Positions 26,208 through 32,000 of a stretch of DNA of 32,000 nucleotides are shown here, in pieces. Within the stretch, counting starts at the first letter, position 1; every line of letters begins with the position of its first letter. The DNA comes from Beggiatoa leptomitoformis (GTDB lineage Bacteria; Pseudomonadota; Gammaproteobacteria; Beggiatoales; Beggiatoaceae). The stretch lies in assembly GCF_001305575.3 (NCBI RefSeq), contig NZ_CP012373.2:2334261-2366260 (forward strand), in the 5' to 3' direction. The notes below the pieces were generated by a model. The model made no database searches. It was not told where the DNA came from and saw only the letters and a program-made list of their open reading frames with translations. The translations under genes and the position numbers were made by a program.

Positions 26208-26536
26208 CTGCGGGACAGGCAAGCGACCTTGAAGGGGCTGATGCTCTTATTCCTCAGATAAAGGCAAACGCTTTATTGGCTGATAAGGCTTATGATGCTG
26301 ATGAACGGGTTAGAGATGTTTTAAAACAGAAAAGCATAGAACCTGTGATTCCGTTCAGGAAAAATCGTTTAAATCCACCTGATTATGATAAAGCTCTTTA
26401 TAAGGCACGTTATTTAATCGAGCATTTCTTTGGTAAATTAAAGCAATATCGTGCAATAGCTACACGATATGATAAACGCGCTAGGAATTTCTTAAGTGGG
26501 GTTTATTTGGCTTCTACCTTGATTCTTTTAGCTTGA
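26204..26536 (+). CDS. IS5-family transposase, orfB (C-terminal DDE part, -1 frame relative to orfA)
   Basis: LTAGQASDLEGADALIP...ADKAYDAD...YKARYLIEHFFGKLKQYRAIATRYDK carries the second Asp and the Glu of the DDE triad. It is probably expressed only as an orfAB fusion, produced by slippage on T9 (26197-26205). Confidence 0.85.
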   Translation: MTAGQASDLEGADALIPQIKANALLADKAYDADERVRDVLKQKSIEPVIPFRKNRLNPPDYDKALYKARYLIEHFFGKLKQYRAIATRYDKRARNFLSGVYLASTLILLA

Positions 26537-26551
26537 ACCTTTAACCCTTCT

Positions 26552-26568
26552 TATTTGATGACAGGCTC
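26552..26568. repeat. Right terminal inverted repeat of the IS
   Basis: TATTTGATGACAGGCTC, followed by the duplicated TA at 26569-26570. Confidence 0.85.
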
Positions 26569-27069
26569 TAGTACTAGCATGGTAGAAGTAGGGCAAATTG
26601 TCCCTGATAACTGGTTAAAAACACAACAACGTTTAACAAAAGAAGCCTATTGGACAGTTACTGATCAAGATGCATTTATTGTGGGTGTTCCCCTCATCAA
26701 TAACTTTGGTAAAACTGTTGGTGGTGTCGCGTTACGCTCGTCTAAAGCCTATCATCAAAGTAAAGTACAAAGCATGTTCATTCAGCTATCCAAAATTTTC
26801 TTTATCGCTATTAGTAGTTTTGGAATTTTAACAATTTTAATTGTTTTTCTGTTCTTTCGTGAAATTACCCGCAGTTTTGCAAAAATGAGTGCTTCTTTAC
26901 AAAAGACGGCTGACAATCCCAGCGTGATGCATGAAGATGGAATAAGCGAAAAGAAAATGAACATGTCAGAGCTAGAACAACATGTCTGTGAATTTAAAGA
27001 CAAGAGCGAAGAAGCCTTAGCCGCCTTATATCAGGTGCAACAAACCCTTAAGACGCTTGAAGAAAGAAC

Positions 27070-29184
27070 ATGACAGAACAACCTATTCCAGAAAGCACCG
27101 AATACGCAAAAAAAATTCGCAATCAATTATTTACACTATCACTGATTTTATTAATTTTTTCCTCTGCGGGAATCTCTTACTTTTCCTTACAAGCATTTGA
27201 AAATGAATTAATGCCTGAAATTAATAAAAAATCAGTCGCCGTTGGCAATACGATTAATCAACTTATTCTCCGCACCGTAAGCTATGGCGTTCCTTTTGAA
27301 CAATTAGAAGGCGTTGATATTTTTTTAAAGAAAGTGGTTTCTGACCATAATGACATAAAATATATCGCCATTATTAATAAAACAGGCAATATCATTTATT
27401 CACATGGCGAAACAAATAATAATCTACACACTTATTTTCATGATACTCCTAATAAAACCGTTTTAACGAATGGTGCAAGTAATATCGTTCTGCTTGAGGG
27501 GTTTTATGACACAATGATGCCCATTATTGTTGATGAACAATTAGTTGGTACGTTACATATTGGTATTGATCAAAAATTTGTTCAAAACAGCTTAGAAGAA
27601 ATTACCTACGATATTCTGATTGTTCTGCTGGTTTCCCTGCTGATTACATTTGAATTATTACTTTTCCTGATTACTTTTAATATTTCCACCCCCATTCGCT
27701 TAATTAATAATGTCTTATCCCGCGCACGACGCGGCAATTTTAGCTATACGATAGCAAACCAATCCCAAGATGAAATCGGACGATTTGTCAGTGCATTTAA
27801 TAATCTTATCCAGAAAGTAAATTTACAATATCAACAGATAAGCCACCAAATTGAAACCTTAGCCAATAAAGGCAAAGATAGCCTGCATCTCCTTAACGAT
27901 TTTAAAGAACGCTATATAGTCAGCACAGAACCCCCCTACAAGCTCTCAGAAAAAAACCTGATAAATATTCGTATCCCTGTATTTTTATTTATGTTTGCTG
28001 AAGAGCTGTCTCGCTCATTTTTTCCCCTTTATGTCCGTGAGCTATACGCCCCCATTCCCGGATTATCCCAACAAGTGGTTATCGGGTTACCCATTTCCTT
28101 ATTTATGTTTCTAGTTGCCGTTGCAATGCCTATGTCTGGGCGTTGGTCCGACTACTATGGCAGCCGTCGTATTTTCTTGATTGGATTAATTCCCAGCACC
28201 ATTGGTTTTCTGGGGGCAAGCCTTGCGTTTAACTTATATGACCTGCTTTTCTGGCGTAGCTTCTCCGCCTTTGGGTACGGCATGATGTTTATTGCATGTC
28301 AAGGCTATATTGCTAATAACACCACAGCAACCAATCGTTCACAAGGCATGGCAATGTTTGTCGGGGCAGTGATGGCGGCCGCAATGTGTGGCCCTCCAAT
28401 TGGTGGGATTTTGGCGGATCAAATTGGTTTTCGGGCGGTTTTTATCATGTCTGCGATTTTATCGCTACCCGCAGGAATGATGGTTTATTTATTTCTAGCG
28501 GACGAAAGTACACGTAAAAATACCAACAAATCCCAAGTAAAACCCGCGACATTTATAGAAATGCTGGTTCTTTTTAAGAATATACGCTTTGTTATCTTAT
28601 CGTTACTCAGTGCATTTCCAACCAAGTTTGCCCTTACAGGATTTATTTTCTTTTTAGTTCCTTTATACTTGAATTCATTAGATAATAATCAGGCAACGAT
28701 TGGGCGTGTGTTAATGTTGTATGGTATCGCTGCGATTTTAATTTCCCCTTTTTCGGCGACATTAGCCGATCGCTTAGGGAAAAAACGGCAATTTGTCAGT
28801 TTTGGCGGATTTTTGGGCGCGATTGGGATTTTATTAATTATTGAATGGCAAAATACTTTTGCCATCGTCATTAGCGTTACCCTATTGGGTATTGCCCACG
28901 CAATCAGTCTTTCCCCACAACTCGCGCTTGTACCTGATATTTGCCCTGAAGAATCACGCCGTCTTGGACAAGCAACCGTCATCAGTTTCTTTCGCTTAAT
29001 TGAACGCATGGGTGCGGTTGCAGGTTCACTAATCGCCGCGATTTTTGTCGGTTTCTATGGATACACAGGTGCAATTATTGGGATTGGGATTTGGTTATTA
29101 ATTAGTGCGGTGTTGTTTACCCTGTTTTTTTCTTTTCTTGGCACAACCTCAAACACCACAACAGAGGTGGTAAGCACCACATGA
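27070..29184 (+). CDS. Periplasmic-sensor/HAMP domain fused to a 12-TM MFS transporter
   Basis: 704 aa.
- TM (LFTLSLILLIFSSAGISYF), then about 135 aa periplasmic, then a second TM.
- HAMP: PIRLINNVLSRARRGNFSYTIANQSQDEIGRFVSAFNNLIQKV.
- MFS core with motif-A-like loops GRWSDYYGSRR and ADRLGKKRQ.
- The start overlaps the upstream stop as ATGA (27070-27073). Confidence 0.85.
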   Translation: MTEQPIPESTEYAKKIRNQLFTLSLILLIFSSAGISYFSLQAFENELMPEINKKSVAVGNTINQLILRTVSYGVPFEQLEGVDIFLKKVVSDHNDIKYIAIINKTGNIIYSHGETNNNLHTYFHDTPNKTVLTNGASNIVLLEGFYDTMMPIIVDEQLVGTLHIGIDQKFVQNSLEEITYDILIVLLVSLLITFELLLFLITFNISTPIRLINNVLSRARRGNFSYTIANQSQDEIGRFVSAFNNLIQKVNLQYQQISHQIETLANKGKDSLHLLNDFKERYIVSTEPPYKLSEKNLINIRIPVFLFMFAEELSRSFFPLYVRELYAPIPGLSQQVVIGLPISLFMFLVAVAMPMSGRWSDYYGSRRIFLIGLIPSTIGFLGASLAFNLYDLLFWRSFSAFGYGMMFIACQGYIANNTTATNRSQGMAMFVGAVMAAAMCGPPIGGILADQIGFRAVFIMSAILSLPAGMMVYLFLADESTRKNTNKSQVKPATFIEMLVLFKNIRFVILSLLSAFPTKFALTGFIFFLVPLYLNSLDNNQATIGRVLMLYGIAAILISPFSATLADRLGKKRQFVSFGGFLGAIGILLIIEWQNTFAIVISVTLLGIAHAISLSPQLALVPDICPEESRRLGQATVISFFRLIERMGAVAGSLIAAIFVGFYGYTGAIIGIGIWLLISAVLFTLFFSFLGTTSNTTTEVVSTT

Positions 29185-30203
29185 ATAATTTACGCTTTCT
29201 AATTATTTTCCTGTTATCACTTTATAATATCGTGCTTTATGCGGATGAAACGGTTAAACCGTTTAAAATCTATATGGTGGTTTGGCGGGGAGAAACGGAA
29301 GTGGATATTGGTTTTCGTGACTACTTCAAAAATAATAAAATTCCTGCTGAATTTATTGTAAGAGATATGAATCGGGACAGTAGCAAATTTCCTGACGTTA
29401 TTGCCGAGATTAAACAGACAAAACCTGATTTGGTCTATGCCGTAACAACACCCGTGACGCTTGGTCTGGTAGGCAAAGAAAAAGAAGTAAAACCCGAGAA
29501 ACATATTACGGATATACCCGTTGTTTTTACATTAGTAACTGATGCCGTTAGCTCGGGCATTGTTGCTAATAATGCTTCATCTGGGCGTAATATCACAGGA
29601 ACAAGTCATGTTGCACCACTTGAAACCCAATTAAATACATTGATTAGCTATAAACCGTTTAAACGATTGGGCGTTATTTATAATGAAAAAGAACAAAATT
29701 CAGTGATTATTGTGCAAGAACTTCGCGCACAAGCTAAAAAACTCAATTTTGAACTGGTCGCAATGGCAGTTCCCCTAGATGCCGCAGAACAACCATTACC
29801 CGAATTATTGCCCGATTTAGTAGAAAAAATGGCGCGGGAAAAAGTAGATTACTTATATATCGGGCCTGATTCTTTTGTCGCGGGCGCAAATGCCGATGTG
29901 CTGACACGTACCGCATTATTATATAAATTACCCACCTTTACCGCGACTGAACAATCTGTACGCAAAGCAGATGCAATGATAGGGTTGGTCAGTGGTTATT
30001 ACAGTCTAGGACAATTCACTGCATACAAAGCAGAACAAATACTGGTAGAAAAAATTCCCCCTCAAGAAATTCCTATAGAAACCCTCAAGCGTTTTTCTTT
30101 TATTATTAATATGAAAATTGCAACGGCCTTAAAAGCATATCCCCCACTGCCTGTTATTCAATTTGCTGAAGTTATCAACGTGCCAACAAAACCAGCTAAC
30201 TAA
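29181..30203 (+). CDS. Periplasmic substrate-binding protein of the COG2984 / ABC_sub_bind (PF04392-like) type, without cognate ABC genes
   Basis: 340 aa. Signal peptide MNNLRFLIIFLLSLYNIVLYA. Family-like blocks: PDLVYAVTTP, IPVVFTLVTDAVSSGIV, GRNITGTSH, KRLGVIYNEKEQNS, FIINMKIATAL. The start overlaps the upstream stop as ATGA (29181-29184). Confidence 0.75.
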   Translation: MNNLRFLIIFLLSLYNIVLYADETVKPFKIYMVVWRGETEVDIGFRDYFKNNKIPAEFIVRDMNRDSSKFPDVIAEIKQTKPDLVYAVTTPVTLGLVGKEKEVKPEKHITDIPVVFTLVTDAVSSGIVANNASSGRNITGTSHVAPLETQLNTLISYKPFKRLGVIYNEKEQNSVIIVQELRAQAKKLNFELVAMAVPLDAAEQPLPELLPDLVEKMAREKVDYLYIGPDSFVAGANADVLTRTALLYKLPTFTATEQSVRKADAMIGLVSGYYSLGQFTAYKAEQILVEKIPPQEIPIETLKRFSFIINMKIATALKAYPPLPVIQFAEVINVPTKPAN

Positions 30204-30328
30204 CGTTTACGCTGTCCGCCATTTTTGCCGTTATTCAACTCAGCATCCTCAAAAAAAAGCGATAGCGAGGTAACAGCAAATAAGGTAGTGTTGTGAGTAT
30301 ATTCCCTTAATTTTTTTGCAGAAAAGTA

Positions 30329-32000
30329 ATGAAAATTCTCAAAATTATTGGTGTCGTTTTTTTAGTCTTACTCTTTAGTATTATTGTTGCCAGTCAACTG
30401 ATTAACCCAAACGATTATAAAAGTACGCTGGCTGAAATGGTTAAAACCGCAACAGGACGCACTTTATACATTGAGGGCGACATTAGCATCTCATTGTTGC
30501 CACGCATTAGCATAACCATGGGAAAAACATGGCTTAGTAATGCAGAAAATTTTGATAAAATTGCCTTTATTTCTATAGAAAATACTGAGATACGGTTGCA
30601 GATTTTGCCGTTGTTGATGAAACGCATTGTGCTGGAAAAAGTATTACTGTCAGGGGTTAATCTAAATTTACAACGTAATATACTGGGACAAGGGAACTGG
30701 GAAGATTTATCTAATAAATCCGCCACGACAGATAATACAGCATCAAACAGTTTTAGCATTGAGATTCAACAAACGACGTTACAACAGGCACAAATTCACT
30801 GGGATGATGTACAGCAACAACAACATTACAGTGCGACAAATTTAAATATAGACATGGGGACTCTGGCGTATCCCTTAAATCAACAAGTGCTACCGCTCCA
30901 TTTAGCCAGTCAACTATTATCCACTAATTTAAAAACGGAAATAGCGTTAAATACCCAAATTCAACTGACCCCAACAAAACAGCAATATCGTTTAAACCCA
31001 TTGACCATGACGCTGACAGCAACAGGGCAAGCTATTCCCAATCAGCAACAAACGTTACGGATTAATACCCAACTTTTTGTTGACATTGCGCAACAACAAC
31101 TCGCTATAGATACTTTACAAATCAATTTATTAGACAATATAAATATACAGTTACAACTTAATACGCAAAATTTACTCACTAACCCACATTTAACGGGTAA
31201 ACTCACTGTTCCATCTTTTGCCCCACAAATTGCCTTAAAACAACTGGGTATCAACATAAATAATAGTGATAAATTACAATCTATTAATGCGAGTGCTGAG
31301 ATTGATGCCACATTGCAAGATAAAGTCAGTCTTAATAATATTAATATTCAACTGGATAAACATACTTTAACTATTCCACAAATTCAATTAGATATAAATA
31401 CACAACAATTACAAATGGTCAATTTTGTGCTACAAATCGCAAATCTGAATGCAACCGCCGTTTTAACAATTCAACAACTTTTTACAAATCCCTTATTTAT
31501 TGGTGAGTTAATTGTTAAACCATTTTCTTTAAAAGAATTTTTACAAACATTTGATTTTACCATTCCTGAACTTGCCTATTTGCCCTTAAAAACAGCGGCG
31601 TTGCGCTTGGCTGTAAATGGCACACGTGAAGCGTTAAAGGTGGATTTACAAGGTATTATCGATGATAACAACGCATCTATCAATAATTTGCAAATAAATG
31701 TACCCGCCAAAACAGCAACGTTAGAACAATCCGTATTAAGTGCTTTTGGGCTACGTCTGACAGGACAAGCCAATTTTACGCAATGGACAACCCAACCCGT
31801 CCTGTTAGGCACGATACAACTAGCCAGCTTTAGTCCACGTGAACTATTGAAAAAATTAAATATTTCTCCGCCCAGTACCCGCGATGCAAAGGCTTTAGAC
31901 GCGGCGGAATTAAGTCTGCAAGTTAAGAGTGATTTACATAGCGTACAATTAACCGATATTAACTTACGTGTAGATCAAAGCCGTTTACGCGGTTATATCA
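30329..32000 (+). CDS. asmA: AsmA-family outer-membrane biogenesis protein (3'-truncated by window end)
   Basis: This gene is not in the ORF track because it has no stop in the window. My manual translation from ATG 30329 stays open to 32000. The N-terminus is MKILKIIGVVFLVLLFSIIVASQLINPNDYKSTLAEMVKTATGRTLYIEGDISISLLPRISI...GNWEDL, the typical AsmA N-terminal anchor and domain. Confidence 0.8.
   Translation, partial: MKILKIIGVVFLVLLFSIIVASQLINPNDYKSTLAEMVKTATGRTLYIEGDISISLLPRISITMGKTWLSNAENFDKIAFISIENTEIRLQILPLLMKRIVLEKVLLSGVNLNLQRNILGQGNWEDLSNKSATTDNTASNSFSIEIQQTTLQQAQIHWDDVQQQQHYSATNLNIDMGTLAYPLNQQVLPLHLASQLLSTNLKTEIALNTQIQLTPTKQQYRLNPLTMTLTATGQAIPNQQQTLRINTQLFVDIAQQQLAIDTLQINLLDNINIQLQLNTQNLLTNPHLTGKLTVPSFAPQIALKQLGININNSDKLQSINASAEIDATLQDKVSLNNINIQLDKHTLTIPQIQLDINTQQLQMVNFVLQIANLNATAVLTIQQLFTNPLFIGELIVKPFSLKEFLQTFDFTIPELAYLPLKTAALRLAVNGTREALKVDLQGIIDDNNASINNLQINVPAKTATLEQSVLSAFGLRLTGQANFTQWTTQPVLLGTIQLASFSPRELLKKLNISPPSTRDAKALDAAELSLQVKSDLHSVQLTDINLRVDQSRLRGYI

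Larger units (their letters stand above)
25718..26568 (+). mobile_element. IS5-family insertion sequence (IS427/IS1031-like group), 851 bp
   Basis: Terminal inverted repeats are GGGCGTGTCATCAAATA (25718-25734) and TATTTGATGACAGGCTC (26552-26568), matching at 15 of 17 positions. A direct TA (or TAG) repeat flanks them at 25716-25717 and 26569-26570. The element encodes a two-frame DDE transposase. Confidence 0.9.
25420..27073 (+). pseudogene. IS-disrupted gene for a 266-aa sensor-like membrane protein (TM-periplasmic domain-TM-coiled coil)
   Basis: ORF 25420..25755 reads into the IS and stops there. ORF 26555..27073 carries the rest of the gene. Removing 25718-26570 (the IS plus one TA) joins ...DQTGALLF to STSMVEVGQ... 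in frame, giving 801 nt or 266 aa. Confidence 0.85.

Noticed and set aside
30415-31812. Minus-strand ORFs of 114, 89 and 78 aa
   Set aside because: All lie antisense to a + strand frame that I translated manually. That frame stays open from 30329 to the window end and has a clear AsmA-type N-terminus. It is missing from the track only because it has no stop in the window.
1-32000. Search for CRISPR arrays, tRNA/rRNA/tmRNA/SRP RNA, and TAACTGA-type heptamer tandem repeats (which I recall being reported for Beggiatoa-like and cyanobacterial genomes)
   Set aside because: I noticed no regularly spaced direct repeats, no cloverleaf-like segments in the spacers, and no conserved SRP/tmRNA motifs. 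TAACTGA occurs only as isolated single copies inside coding regions (for example 17092-17098 and 29536-29542), never in tandem.

Overview
This is a low-GC (about 40% by eye) bacterial window. Its gene content and coding style fit a gammaproteobacterial sulfur oxidiser, possibly Beggiatoa/Thiotrichales-like, but that is inference only. I support 25 protein-coding genes, one IS-disrupted gene, one IS5-family insertion sequence, two intrinsic terminators and a few intergenic hairpins. I saw no rRNA, tRNA or CRISPR array.

Gene order, left to right:
- cysQ
- an orphan two-domain SagB-type nitroreductase, followed by a degenerate Rieske-like protein
- an Rpn/YhgA-like nuclease
- a family-4 uracil-DNA glycosylase, then rimI
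- two translationally coupled prepilin-type pseudopilins, followed by an atypical Ser/Thr kinase with a zinc ribbon
- class I fumarase (- strand)
- a hybrid histidine kinase coupled to a REC-GGDEF protein
- a zinc-ribbon protein, then a leaderless amidase-SH3 protein
- a Tat-less molybdopterin oxidoreductase operon that I read as soeABC-like (- strand)
- ftsY
- a COG3375-like GNAT-fold protein (- strand)
- a secreted TPR/Pro-rich/FGE-domain protein
- a three-gene translationally coupled module
- the 5' part of an asmA-family gene running off the window

The best candidate for something undescribed is the 25420-30203 module. It consists of a sensor-like membrane protein, a periplasmic-sensor/HAMP domain fused to a complete MFS transporter, and an orphan PF04392-type periplasmic binding protein. 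Its first gene is split by an apparently recent IS insertion that can be removed in silico to restore a perfect 266-codon frame.

The second candidate is the pseudopilin-pseudopilin-kinase cassette at 6266-8492. All family assignments come from motif recognition by eye; no database search was run.
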